Shown in pieces: positions 13,145 through 22,637 of a stretch of 64,000 nucleotides of DNA (its first letter is position 1; every line of letters begins with the position of its first letter). This DNA comes from Bdellovibrionales bacterium. Its GTDB lineage: Bacteria > Bdellovibrionota > Bdellovibrionia > Bdellovibrionales > JAGQZY01. The stretch lies in contig CAXRHT010000002.1 in NCBI GenBank assembly GCA_964230645.1, forward strand, positions 1,216,001-1,280,000. Reading direction: 5' to 3'. The notes beneath the pieces were generated by a model. It had not been told where the DNA came from, did not search any database, and was given only the letters and a program-made list of their open reading frames with translations. Position numbers and translations under genes: made by a program.

Positions 13145-13678
13145 TTAATTTTTTTCGACTTGGATGAAGTCTAGCTCAACAGGTGTTGGACGGCCGAAAA
13201 TACTCACCGACACTTTGACCTTGGCTTTTTCTTCGTTGATCTCCTCAACAACACCGTCAAAGTTACTAAAGGGTCCGTCAATGACTGTCACCGACTCACC
13301 CACTTCAAAAGTGATGTGTGGTCTGGCTTTTTCAGTTCCCTCAACCATTTGCTTAGTGACCTTTTCTACTTCGGCCTGAGGAACCGGCTGAGGCTTTTGA
13401 CCACCGATAAAACCTGTGACTTTAGAAGCCGATTTTACCAGATGCCAAGTGGTATCAGTCATAACCATATTTACAAAAATATAACCGGGAAAGAATTTAC
13501 GAGCGCGGGTTTGTTTTTTACCTTTTACAAGCTGAACCACATTCTCAGAGGGAACAAGAATATCTCCGAAATACTCTTGCATATTCTTGGTAGAAATTCG
13601 CTCTTCGATGGCCGTTTTTGCCACGTTTTCACAACTTGTTTGGGTATTAACAATATACCATTTTTTTTCTTGTTCCAC
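13145..13678 (-). CDS. nusG: Transcription termination/antitermination factor NusG
   Basis: [12 protein letters not shown] motif [18 protein letters not shown]. Confidence 0.98.
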   Translation of the reverse strand: MEQEKKWYIVNTQTSCENVAKTAIEERISTKNMQEYFGDILVPSENVVQLVKGKKQTRARKFFPGYIFVNMVMTDTTWHLVKSASKVTGFIGGQKPQPVPQAEVEKVTKQMVEGTEKARPHITFEVGESVTVIDGPFSNFDGVVEEINEEKAKVKVSVSIFGRPTPVELDFIQVEKN

Positions 13679-13692
13679 GTTCGTTAAACTCC

Positions 13693-14076
13693 TTAGCTCA
13701 TCTCGATAATTGCTTGGATCACTTGGCTGGAAAAATAATCAAAAATTCCTAGCAAAATTCCTGTAAAGATCATGAAGATACAGACGAAAACAGTAAGAGC
13801 GGTGGTCTCTTTTTTAGAGGGCCATACCACTTTACTGATTTCAACTATGACTTCTTGAGACCATTGCCTCACTTTTTTGGAAGAAACCAAATAGATAAAA
13901 AATAAAAGGCCAGCAGCTATTGGTAGAAGATTGCTCACAATTTCTGAGTCGGTCAGGCGAGCGTATGCGCCCCACGAGCTGGCTAAAAGTGTATTGAGAA
14001 CTTGAATTGTGTAGCCCACTAAAAAAGCTCCACACACAAAACTAACCATCATGATTTTATTGATTGTCTTTTCCAT
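13693..14076 (-). CDS. secE: Preprotein translocase SecE (long, 3-TM type)
   Basis: [13 protein letters not shown] motif; immediately upstream of nusG. Confidence 0.93.
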   Translation of the reverse strand: MEKTINKIMMVSFVCGAFLVGYTIQVLNTLLASSWGAYARLTDSEIVSNLLPIAAGLLFFIYLVSSKKVRQWSQEVIVEISKVVWPSKKETTALTVFVCIFMIFTGILLGIFDYFSSQVIQAIIEMS

Positions 14077-14095
14077 AACCTCTTCTCAAAAAAAA

Positions 14096-14171
14096 TGGCA
14101 GGGCAGGAGGGACTCGAACCCCCAACCAACGGATTTGGAGTCCGTTACTCTACCAATTGAGCCACTACCCT
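14096..14171 (-). tRNA. tRNA-Trp(CCA)
   Basis: AGGGTAGTGGCTCAATTGGTAGAG...CTCCAAA...GTTCGAGT...CCA; 76-nt cloverleaf. Confidence 0.97.
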
Positions 14172-14177
14172 ATTGCC

Positions 14178-14225
14178 AAAAGTTTATCAAAACGAAGGCA
14201 TAAGCCTTGATTTTGATAAACTTTT
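14178..14225. other. Long near-perfect inverted repeat just 5' of tRNA-Trp
   Basis: AAAAGTTTATCAAAA-CGAAGGC ATAA GCCTTGA-TTTTGATAAACTTTT. Confidence 0.6.
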
Positions 14226-14262
14226 AAAACTGAGGAACCCACAGTAATCCTCTTTTATTAAC

Positions 14263-14294
14263 AAAAAAAGGTCTCCTTGGGAAGAGACCTTTTC
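14263..14294 (-). terminator. Intrinsic terminator downstream of tuf
   Basis: AAAGGTCTC...GAGACCTTT hairpin, with a U-tract on the minus strand. Confidence 0.7.
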
Positions 14295-14366
14295 AAAAAA
14301 CCTAAATTATATCAATCTGTTCGAATTGGATTCATTTTTTCTTTTAAGGACCCCACCTCATGCGAA

Positions 14367-14480
14367 AGATCCTTCGCTTCGCTCAGGATGACAATGCTCG
14401 CTCAGGATGACAATGCTGTCCGCTCAAGATAACAGTGCTTTCGCCCCGGGCTGACAGTACTGCCTTCCCTCAGGAAGACA
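14367..14480. repeat. REP-like palindromic repeat plus 4 degenerate partial tandem copies (locus 1)
   Basis: AGATCCTTCGCTTCGCTCAGGATGACA at 14367-14393; partial copies end at 14412, 14434, 14456, 14480. Confidence 0.85.
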
Positions 14481-14497
14481 GCCCCTTAATGATCCAA

Positions 14498-15691
14498 CTA
14501 CTCGGTGATCTCGGTTACAACACCGGCACCAACAGTTCTTCCACCTTCACGGATGGCGAACTTAAGACCTTTTTCCATGGCGATTGGAGCAATAAGCTCA
14601 ACCGACATTTCAATTTGGTCACCAGGCATCACCATTTCAGTTCCCTCTTTAAGAGAGCAAACACCAGTTACGTCAGTTGTTCTGAAGTAGAACTGAGGAC
14701 GATAGTTGGTGAAAAATGGAGTGTGACGTCCTCCTTCTTCTTTAGTCAGGATATAAGACTCACATTTGAATTTTTTGTGAGGAGTGATGGTTCCTGGTTT
14801 AGCAAGAACTTGTCCACGCTCAACATCTTCTTTCTTAGTACCACGAAGTAGACAACCAGCGTTGTCTCCCGCCATACCTTCATCAAGAAGCTTACGGAAC
14901 ATTTCAATTCCAGTAACTGTTGTTTTAGTTGTTGGCTTAATTCCAACGATTTCGATTTCTTCACCAACTTTTACGATACCACGCTCGATTCTTCCAGTAA
15001 CAACAGTACCACGACCAGAGATAGAGAAAACGTCCTCAATAGGCATCAAGAAAGTTTTATCAACATCACGCTCAGGCTCAGGGACAGTTTCGTCTACCGC
15101 AGCCATAAGCTTCATGATGGCACCAGTTCCCATATCACTTGTGTCGCCCTCTAGGGCTTTAAGAGCAGAACCACGGATGATTGGAATATCATCTCCAGGG
15201 AATTCGTATTTAGAAAGTAGCTCTCTGATCTCAAGCTCAACAAGCTCTAAAAGCTCTTCGTCGTCAACTTGGTCACATTTGTTAAGGAAAACAACAAGGG
15301 CTGGAACTCCAACCTGACGAGCCAAAAGGATGTGCTCACGAGTTTGAGGCATAGGTCCGTCAGCCGCAGAAACCACAAGGATTCCTCCGTCCATCTGAGC
15401 CGCACCAGTGATCATGTTTTTCACGTAATCGGCGTGTCCAGGACAGTCAACGTGAGCGTAGTGACGCTTTTCAGTTTCGTACTCAACGTGAGCTGTAGAG
15501 ATCGTGATCCCTCTTTCTCTTTCTTCAGGGGCTTTATCAATTTGATCGTAGGCCATGGCCGTTCCTGTACCACTAGCCTCGTGAAGAGTTTTAGTGATGG
15601 CAGCTGTCAAAGTTGTCTTCCCGTGATCCACGTGCCCAACTGTACCGATATTCACATGGGGTTTACCTCTATCAAACTTCTCTTTAGACAT
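14498..15691 (-). CDS. tuf: Elongation factor Tu
   Basis: [30 protein letters not shown] motifs. Confidence 0.99.
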   Translation of the reverse strand: MSKEKFDRGKPHVNIGTVGHVDHGKTTLTAAITKTLHEASGTGTAMAYDQIDKAPEERERGITISTAHVEYETEKRHYAHVDCPGHADYVKNMITGAAQMDGGILVVSAADGPMPQTREHILLARQVGVPALVVFLNKCDQVDDEELLELVELEIRELLSKYEFPGDDIPIIRGSALKALEGDTSDMGTGAIMKLMAAVDETVPEPERDVDKTFLMPIEDVFSISGRGTVVTGRIERGIVKVGEEIEIVGIKPTTKTTVTGIEMFRKLLDEGMAGDNAGCLLRGTKKEDVERGQVLAKPGTITPHKKFKCESYILTKEEGGRHTPFFTNYRPQFYFRTTDVTGVCSLKEGTEMVMPGDQIEMSVELIAPIAMEKGLKFAIREGGRTVGAGVVTEITE

Positions 15692-15788
15692 TCATAGCCT
15701 CCTGAATTCTTAATTTATTATTTCGTCTTTAATTAAACGCCTTTAACTACCTAATCAATAAAAAAATTGCCTCACCCATCGAGCCAAA

Positions 15789-15863
15789 TGGTGCTGATGG
15801 AGAGAATCGAACTCTCGACCTCACCCTTACCAAGGGTGTGCTCTACCACTGAGCCACATCAGC
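15789..15863 (-). tRNA. tRNA-Thr(GGT)
   Basis: GCTGATGTGGCTCAGTGGTAGAG...CTTGGTAAG...GTTCGATT...CCA. Confidence 0.97.
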
Positions 15864-15906
15864 ATGTTCCCAGAGTCCCATTCATGAAGAGACAAAATTT
15901 AAAAGT

Positions 15907-15982
15907 TGGAGCGGGAGACGGGTCTCGAACCCGCAACATTCAGCTTGGAAGGCTGACACTCTACCAATTGAGTTACTCCCGC
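15907..15982 (-). tRNA. tRNA-Gly(TCC)
   Basis: GCGGGAGTAACTCAATTGGTAGAG...CTTCCAAG...GTTCGAGA...CCA. Confidence 0.97.
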
Positions 15983-16168
15983 CCTAAAAGGGCTCGCCCA
16001 TTGAACCGTCTGATGATGCATCGCTGCGCTAAATTCCCATTTAACGGCCCAATTTCGGGCATTTGCGAGGCCAAACCGTTTAAAGTGCGTGTCCTCATTT
16101 TGACGACTTTCACCGCCAATGGGAAAACACCTCTAACAATGTCTTCCCTAAAAATCCACCTTAAAAAA

Positions 16169-16253
16169 TGGTGGAGGAGAGAGGATTCGAACCTCTGAAG
16201 GCTAAGCCAGCAGATTTACAGTCTGCCCTCGTTGACCGCTTGAGTACTCCTCC
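16169..16253 (-). tRNA. tRNA-Tyr(GTA)
   Basis: GGAGGAGTACTCAAGCGG...CTGTAAA, long variable arm, GTTCGAAT...CCA; 85 nt. Confidence 0.97.
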
Positions 16254-16352
16254 TCGAACCACTAAGACTCTAACAAATTGAGCCTTAAGGCAAATCCTTT
16301 GGAAAATCTGTCCAAATTTCCGACCCAAGTTATGGAACTCGTCGTCAAAAAG

Positions 16353-16428
16353 TGGTGCTGAATGAGGGACTCGAACCCCCAACCTATTGATTACAAATCA
16401 ATTGCTCTACCAATTGAGCTAATTCAGC
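16353..16428 (-). tRNA. tRNA-Thr(TGT)
   Basis: GCTGAATTAGCTCAATTGGTAGAG...TTTGTAA...GTTCGAGT...CCA. Confidence 0.97.
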
Positions 16429-16457
16429 AGTTTAAACAGATAAACCTAAGAACGAAG

Positions 16458-16486
16458 GGTTTAAAGAAAACCACAACTTAAGTCAA
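16458..16486 (-). promoter_or_regulatory. Putative sigma70 promoter of the tRNA-tuf operon
   Basis: Minus strand TTGACT-N17-TAAACC, about 30 nt upstream of tRNA-Thr(TGT). Confidence 0.45.
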
Positions 16487-16488
16487 TA

Positions 16489-17217
16489 TTAAAGATAACG
16501 ACTTCGGGTCATTTCGTAAGCACTCATCGCGAACGCCACCGAAGCATTATAACTCGAACCACTCTCGACTTGAGGAATGGTTATAAATTGATCACAAAAT
16601 TTTTCGGTGGAAGAACGAAGCCCCGTCCCTTCGGAGCCCACAACCAAAACAGCTTTTGAGTTGGCGTTTTGTTTTGGAAGTAAAACGTCTCCGCCCTCTT
16701 TCAAACCGTAAACCCAATATCCCTGCTCCTTAAACCACTCAAGCTGGGAAGGGAAGTGACAGCTCTCCACAGGGACATGCTCAACTCCACCACTTGCAAC
16801 CTTACAGACCACGGGAGTTAGATCTACACGACGATTTTTAGGAATAAAGATGCCATCCACATTCAACAGCCAAGAAGTTCGCAGAATGGAACCGAGATTA
16901 TGAGGGTCTTCAATCCCATCAAGAAACACGACCAAACTCTCTTCTTTCTCGGCCGCGGATTCTTGCCACTGAGGACTCTCATTCATGGAAACGGAAACAC
17001 CCTGGTGACCACCGGCCAATTGGTTAAAAAACTTTTTCCCTTTCAAGCGCACAGGGATGTTTTTTTTCTTACAAAGGCCAGTGAAAACCTCATGTTCGTT
17101 AGCCTGTGTATCAAGGAGATGAACCTCGCTCACCCATCCTGGATTCACCTTGATGGCCTCCATACAGGAGTGAATTCCAATAACGATTCTATTTTGAGGC
17201 TTCTTTTTTTTACTCAC
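16489..17217 (-). CDS. rlmB: TrmH/SpoU family RNA methyltransferase (RlmB-like)
   Basis: LDGIEDPHNLGSILRT, VGSEGTG, SYNASVA SPOUT motifs. Confidence 0.85.
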   Translation of the reverse strand: MSKKKKPQNRIVIGIHSCMEAIKVNPGWVSEVHLLDTQANEHEVFTGLCKKKNIPVRLKGKKFFNQLAGGHQGVSVSMNESPQWQESAAEKEESLVVFLDGIEDPHNLGSILRTSWLLNVDGIFIPKNRRVDLTPVVCKVASGGVEHVPVESCHFPSQLEWFKEQGYWVYGLKEGGDVLLPKQNANSKAVLVVGSEGTGLRSSTEKFCDQFITIPQVESGSSYNASVAFAMSAYEMTRSRYL

Positions 17218-18938
17218 TCTCCTAAACCTTCCAAGATCTTTTTTGATTCCGAAAGCGCCTGATCCAACGGGAACTTTAACTTATTTTGAGTGGAGCGAAC
17301 AAACAGCTCAACTTCGTCGTTTTCAAAGCTGCGTTTCCCAGCCACCACGCGCAGAGGGAAACCCAGAAGATCGGCATCTTTAAACTTGATTCCAGGACGC
17401 TCTTTGCGATCATCGATGAAAACTTCAAAACCCATCTTTTGCATTGAGTTTTTGTAAACCTCAACCCACTGGCTTAAGCCCTCATCTTCTGGGTCCAATA
17501 GACATATATGAATATGAAAGGGAGCGATACTAGTCGGCCAACAAATACCATTGTCGTCATGATTTTGCTCAATGATCGCCTGAATGGTCCGGGTCACTCC
17601 AATGCCGTAACAGCCCATCTCTACAAACTGGCTTTTCCCATTATCGTCGAGATATTGTAAATTCATACTTTTGGAATACTTTTGCCCCAAATAGAAAATG
17701 TGACCCACTTCAATCCCGCGGCTGAGTTTTAATTTTTTGCCACACTCTGGACAGGGGTCTCCGGCTCCTACTTGCGAGAGATCGGCCTCGTCTTCGATAT
17801 TAAAATCTCGCCCTGGCACAACATTCTTTAAGTGGTAACCATCTTGATTGGCACCAACAATAAAAGAATTCAAAAACTTTAAAGCTTTGTCCATATAGAC
17901 AGGCATTTTTAAGTCGACCGGTCCGCAACTTCCCGGAGAGGCCCCAGTGGCCTTAAGGACCTCTTCATCGGTAAGGGGTATCACCTCTCCTGTTGCACCA
18001 ACCACTGCTTTTGCTTTTATCAAATTGACCTCTCGGTCACCTGGCAAAATTAAACAGGCCTCTTTCCATTTGTCTTTTTCATTCTGAAATTTCACAAAAA
18101 AAGTTTTTACAAGTTGAGACGCTGGAGTTTTTAAGGCCTTGGATAAATCTTCAATGCTTTTCAAATTGGGGGTTTCAAACTTCTCTAAATCTACATCAGT
18201 CCATACAGAGGTGTTTTCTGGAAGCACCAAAGGAGCCGCTTCAGCATTGGCTGAATAAGAGCAAGAATCACAGAGTAAAATCTCATCCATTCCGTTTTCG
18301 GCAAGAACTTGAAACTCATTAGATAAGTCCCCACCAATGGCGCCAGAGTCCGCTTTTACCACTGTGAAGTCCACACCCAACCTTTTAAAGATGTTGTTAT
18401 AAGCCTCTTTGAGTCGTTCATAGGAGGCCAAGGCACCTTCCCGATCGAGATCAAAAGTGTAGGCGTCCTTCATTATAAACTCGCGCCCTCTCATAAGCCC
18501 AAAACGAGGGCGAATCTCATCGCGATATTTGGTTTGAATTTGATAAACCGACTGAGGCAAATCTCGGTAACTCTTAATGTCGTTTCGGATAAAATCCACC
18601 ACGGCCTCTTCATGGGTGGCGCCAAGACAGAAATCGTGATTGTTTTTATTTTTAAATTTTAATAATTCTGTCATTTTTGGCCATCGTCCGGACTCCTTCC
18701 AAAGACTGGCGGGCTGAACCATCGGCATTAAAATTTCATGGCAGCCAGCTTGACTGAGCTCTTCTCTTAAAAGGTTTTCAAACTTCCTGATGGAACGGAG
18801 TAAAAAGAAACCATAGGAAAAAATACCCGGAGCCAGTTTTTTTACGAAGCCTCCCCTAACCAAGAGACGATGGCTCTCCATTTCCGCGTCGGCGGGATTT
18901 TCTCTGAGTGTTTTTAATGAGATTTCTGACCACTTCAT
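17214..18938 (-). CDS. proS: Proline-tRNA ligase (with editing insertion domain)
   Basis: KYRDEIRPRFGLMRGREF, GIEVGHIF, MGCYGIG, DDRKERPG. Confidence 0.97.
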   Translation of the reverse strand: MKWSEISLKTLRENPADAEMESHRLLVRGGFVKKLAPGIFSYGFFLLRSIRKFENLLREELSQAGCHEILMPMVQPASLWKESGRWPKMTELLKFKNKNNHDFCLGATHEEAVVDFIRNDIKSYRDLPQSVYQIQTKYRDEIRPRFGLMRGREFIMKDAYTFDLDREGALASYERLKEAYNNIFKRLGVDFTVVKADSGAIGGDLSNEFQVLAENGMDEILLCDSCSYSANAEAAPLVLPENTSVWTDVDLEKFETPNLKSIEDLSKALKTPASQLVKTFFVKFQNEKDKWKEACLILPGDREVNLIKAKAVVGATGEVIPLTDEEVLKATGASPGSCGPVDLKMPVYMDKALKFLNSFIVGANQDGYHLKNVVPGRDFNIEDEADLSQVGAGDPCPECGKKLKLSRGIEVGHIFYLGQKYSKSMNLQYLDDNGKSQFVEMGCYGIGVTRTIQAIIEQNHDDNGICWPTSIAPFHIHICLLDPEDEGLSQWVEVYKNSMQKMGFEVFIDDRKERPGIKFKDADLLGFPLRVVAGKRSFENDEVELFVRSTQNKLKFPLDQALSESKKILEGLGE

Positions 18939-19095
18939 TCTTTTAACCTTCCATTTAAATGCTTTCGTTAAAGAAAGCTTAGACCCACTTGAGAAATTTT
19001 CATGGGTTTCTGTTTTTACTCTTAGGAGACGGAAAAAAATAGCTTTTTTCTAAAATTCCGAGCCTCCGATACTGCTGTAGGGTGGATTGCCCCGG

Positions 19096-19290
19096 GTCCT
19101 CTTTAGCGCAGCTCGATGTCATCCTCAGTGAGGCTCAAAGTCATCCTGAGCGCAGCGAAGGATCTTAGGTCTTTCGCTTCGCTCAAGACGACATTTGTTC
19201 GCTCAAGACTTAAGATCCTTCGCTACGCTCAGGATGACACTGGGTTTAGCTCAGATTGACATTGAGTTCCTGTGCTTAGGATGACATTGA
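19096..19290. repeat. Inverted REP-like doublet with an inner degenerate copy and outward partial copies (locus 2)
   Basis: GTCATCCTGAGCGCAGCGAAGGATCT at 19140-19165 faces AGATCCTTCGCTACGCTCAGGATGACA at 19213-19239. Degenerate copies start at 19096 and 19118, span 19167-19193, and end at 19261 and 19286. Confidence 0.85.
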
Positions 19291-19361
19291 GCAATTCACC
19301 GGTCAGCAGCAAGTGCCTTTGGCTTTTCTTAAAAAATAACAAGTGATCAGGGCGAATCCAA

Positions 19362-19397
19362 TAAAAAAACGCCATGAGGTAAAGCATGGCGTTTTTT
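19362..19397 (-). terminator. Intrinsic terminator (bidirectional type) after the L,D-transpeptidase gene
   Basis: AAAAAAACGCCATG...CATGGCGTTTTTT. Confidence 0.75.
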
Positions 19398-19430
19398 CTA
19401 TTTTCTAAGTTCAAAAACAATCAGGCCGAA

Positions 19431-20405
19431 TTAAGCGTCCCACTCCTCAAGAGCATTGTCATATCCATAGAAAATAATAATGAGGGCACGCGTACCACCT
19501 TTTGCCCCACCCGTCTCAGACTTTAAACGCTTTCGGTTGTTAAGGTCGGGAAGGTCATTGCTCCACCAGTAATCATCGTTAATCAGGTTTTCATACATAA
19601 GGTGAGCTTGTTTTTTAGTAATTCGAACACAGCCGTGAGACTGCTGAGTGCCCAAATTAGCATAGGCTCCACTCGAAGTTCCATGAACAGCAAGGCCAGA
19701 GGTTTTACCCCAAGGGTAGATGAGGTCGAAATAAAGAGAGTGCCACATACCTTTGGAATAACGACGACCGTCAGAACGGGAGTGATTGATTCTGTATATT
19801 CCCGTTGGAGTGTCCACGTAGGGTTGCGGGTCAGCGCTAAAGTGGCCAGCTCCACTTGAAACTGGCATTAGATCCGTTAGTACGCCGTATCCATCCACAG
19901 TTTGTCCGTAGTCTTTGTTCAAAGGAGTGATGGCATCTGGAAAAGCGGGTGTGCCATTGTTACCAGCAACATCATTGCGAATAGCAACAACCTGACCTTG
20001 GCCATTTCTAACGAATATCGCTTGGCCCGCTTGAGTTCTCTGAATCACTTTCATATGTTGCGCAGGAATCTCGTGAGCGGCATTAAAGCGAGACTGGTAG
20101 TCGACGTTGATCATGATGAAAACATCGTACTCTCTTTCAAGAGTTGGAGTAATATAGGAAGCCACACTTTCCCAAGACATTTTGAAGTTGAAAAAGCTAA
20201 CAAGATGATCCAGAAAATTCTGACCCGTCATTTGCTCATACTCTTCGGCAGTCATCGTCACCACTTCACCAGCATCGTTGGCTTCAACAACGATTTCACC
20301 GTTAATAAAAGTGGGTTGATCAATATCCAAGGCATTCGATTGAGCGAACACTCCCTGAACCATAAAACTCATGAATAAAAAGATCGCTCCTAAGCGAAAT
20401 CCCAT
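19431..20405 (-). CDS. Secreted L,D-transpeptidase (YkuD family)
   Basis: Signal peptide; TPTGIY, GLAVHGT...LGTQQSHGCVR catalytic His/Cys motif. Confidence 0.85.
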   Translation of the reverse strand: MGFRLGAIFLFMSFMVQGVFAQSNALDIDQPTFINGEIVVEANDAGEVVTMTAEEYEQMTGQNFLDHLVSFFNFKMSWESVASYITPTLEREYDVFIMINVDYQSRFNAAHEIPAQHMKVIQRTQAGQAIFVRNGQGQVVAIRNDVAGNNGTPAFPDAITPLNKDYGQTVDGYGVLTDLMPVSSGAGHFSADPQPYVDTPTGIYRINHSRSDGRRYSKGMWHSLYFDLIYPWGKTSGLAVHGTSSGAYANLGTQQSHGCVRITKKQAHLMYENLINDDYWWSNDLPDLNNRKRLKSETGGAKGGTRALIIIFYGYDNALEEWDA

Positions 20406-20709
20406 ACTATCCTCCCTTTTGAGGGCCTCTACTTATCACAATCCCAGTATTATTAAAGGCCCTATATGTGTGTTGATTACGTTAATCTAGCGCTGTTCTA
20501 TCTTGACCGGAACGGAGAGTCACAAGGGGTTGAAAATATTACCTAGCAAAAGATTTAAGAGTCTGAAGGCCCTGCAAAAGACCTTTTGATTGGATGTGAA
20601 AAAAACTTTCAAGGATCGAGATTTTGCTCTTTACTCGGGAGGAGCGAATCCTTTCACCTTGACCTGGGAGCTTGTGAATAAGAGGTATCTAAGATAAGTT
20701 CAGGACACT

Positions 20710-21216
20710 ATGAAATTACGCAAAGCTGTTTACGCAGGAAGCTTCGATCCACTGACCAACGGTCACGTCTGGATTATAAGAAGAGCGGTTCATCTCTTTG
20801 ATGAACTGACCATTGCTATTGGTGTGAATCCCTCCAAAGACTATTTTTTATCGGCCGAGGAAAGAGAGTCTAACATACAAGCTCTGATTGATCGTGAGAA
20901 TTGGGAGAGCTGTAAAGTGGATGTTAAGGTCATTAAAAATCAGTATCTGGCAAAATTTGCGCAATCGATTTCAGCCTCTTGTCTGATTCGAGGGATTCGA
21001 AGTGAGGCTGACTTTAGCTATGAGTACGCTATGGCCCAGGCTAACCGTCGCCTTGCCCCTGAAATCGAAAGCATTTACATGATGCCACCACCAGAACTAG
21101 CTCAGATCAGCTCTTCTCTGATCAAATCCATGCTGGGGCCAGAAGGCTGGGAGGATATGGTCAAAAATTATGTGCCGGGCGAGGTCTTTGAAAGTATTAA
21201 GAAAAAAGACCTATGA
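20710..21216 (+). CDS. coaD: Pantetheine-phosphate adenylyltransferase
   Basis: AVYAGSFDPLTNGH, LIRGIR..DF.YE, ISSS motifs. Confidence 0.92.
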   Translation: MKLRKAVYAGSFDPLTNGHVWIIRRAVHLFDELTIAIGVNPSKDYFLSAEERESNIQALIDRENWESCKVDVKVIKNQYLAKFAQSISASCLIRGIRSEADFSYEYAMAQANRRLAPEIESIYMMPPPELAQISSSLIKSMLGPEGWEDMVKNYVPGEVFESIKKKDL

Positions 21217-21782
21217 AGCTAGAAAAACTTCTTCCCCTCTTTTCCTTTCTTTTTATTTTTTCCTTCACAAACCAGGGCGAGACGAATTTCTGGACCGAGG
21301 GTGATTATAAATTCCGAGCCCGGGAAAGCTATGAATGGCTGCAGTTTAAATCCGGTTCACAAAAGGAAGCCTTCCAAGGTCTCACCAATACAATTAACTT
21401 TTTCTATGAGAGACCCTTTGATTATTCTTACGGCCTGGCCGCAGGCTCCCTATTTAGTGGGTTAAGCTCCGAAAATGCACTGCCTGGTCTTTCTCGAGAC
21501 ATTGAAATTTTCTTTATTGGTTTTGAAGGAAAACTTTTCTTTTTTGGTGGCTCCCGCCAGGGCTTTTTCACACGTCCTGGACTCTTTTTTCACCAAATCC
21601 AAAATGATGGAGCTCGTGGAAATATTGACGGAGTTTCGCTTTTGACCAGTCTCGGCTACGAGTTTTTAGTGTACAAAGATATCGCGCTCGCTCCGGAGAT
21701 TGCTTTTAAGTCCGGCGAGAGCGGCCCCTACTCCTGGCAGGGCTTGACCCTTTCTTTGGGACTGCATTTTTACCAGTTCTAG
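21213..21782 (+). CDS. Putative outer-membrane beta-barrel protein
   Basis: Signal peptide, alternating amphipathic strands, C-terminal aromatic residues (LHFYQF). Confidence 0.6.
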   Translation: MKLEKLLPLFSFLFIFSFTNQGETNFWTEGDYKFRARESYEWLQFKSGSQKEAFQGLTNTINFFYERPFDYSYGLAAGSLFSGLSSENALPGLSRDIEIFFIGFEGKLFFFGGSRQGFFTRPGLFFHQIQNDGARGNIDGVSLLTSLGYEFLVYKDIALAPEIAFKSGESGPYSWQGLTLSLGLHFYQF

Positions 21783-21889
21783 CACTCCGCCACAAATCAC
21801 AACATTTCTAACAGTTTCCCTAAGTTCCCTTTCAAAGAGTTCTGAGTAAAACTGCGACCAGTTAACCCACTCTCACAAAGGAGCAAATT

Positions 21890-22561
21890 TTGAAATTTTT
21901 AACTTTTTTAACCACTCTAATCATTGCAAACCTTAGTTACGCTGGCGGAGGCACACACTTTCCTCCGACAAAATCATTAAATTGCCAAGGAGCTAAGGTG
22001 CAAGCCTGGTCAAATGTAAGCATCAACCATAAAAGTGCCGACCTCGAGTCTCTATTTAATCTCGGTAGCACACCTGTGGTAAAAATCTCTGACCAAGAAC
22101 TTATCGATGGACTGATTGCCAATGAAATTCTGGTACCAAACGGTTTGAAGAATCACAGCAACGAAGGCGAAGCCCAAACACTTTCACTGATCTTTGATTC
22201 TGGACGGGAGTCAAAACAAGCTCACTACGTCAACTTGGATGGGAAAACAGTTTACAAAACTAAGAACATCCTATTGCACAGAAACAGTACGAAGATTACC
22301 TCTCTTCTTGATACTGTGAAAGTTCGTCATCATGTGGAGTTCCGAGGTGAGTTCATTGGAAACGACCAAATTCAACTAAGAATAACAACCATTCGTCCAG
22401 AAATTCGTCACTGTGTGGCCTACGAAACTGTCCCCAACCCTTGGGTTAAAGACGCAACGATGGAAGTCTGTGCTGAGTCCGAACTGGTGAGTGAAGAAAC
22501 CGAATTTGTGGAGTACGAAAACACCTTCAGCTTTGATCAATGCCAACTTAAACAACACTAA
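21890..22561 (+). CDS. Secreted hypothetical protein
   Basis: AAGGAG RBS, TTG start, signal peptide ending SYA, four Cys. Confidence 0.75.
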   Translation: MKFLTFLTTLIIANLSYAGGGTHFPPTKSLNCQGAKVQAWSNVSINHKSADLESLFNLGSTPVVKISDQELIDGLIANEILVPNGLKNHSNEGEAQTLSLIFDSGRESKQAHYVNLDGKTVYKTKNILLHRNSTKITSLLDTVKVRHHVEFRGEFIGNDQIQLRITTIRPEIRHCVAYETVPNPWVKDATMEVCAESELVSEETEFVEYENTFSFDQCQLKQH

Positions 22562-22580
22562 TTAATAAAGTAGGTTTAGA

Positions 22581-22620
22581 CATACCCTTGGGCCTTTTCT
22601 GCTCAAGGGTGTTTTTTATT
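22581..22620 (+). terminator. Intrinsic terminator
   Basis: ACCCTTGGGC...GCTCAAGGGT followed by a T-tract. Confidence 0.7.
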
Positions 22621-22637
22621 TGAAATTAGGCGATGAA

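Noticed and set aside
15983..16168. Separate ncRNA in the tRNA-Tyr/tRNA-Gly spacer
   Set aside because: Hairpins are present, but structured spacers are normal in tRNA operons and no family motif was recognised.
15767..16382. ORFs 15767..16198 and 16161..16382
   Set aside because: They overlap well-formed tRNA genes.
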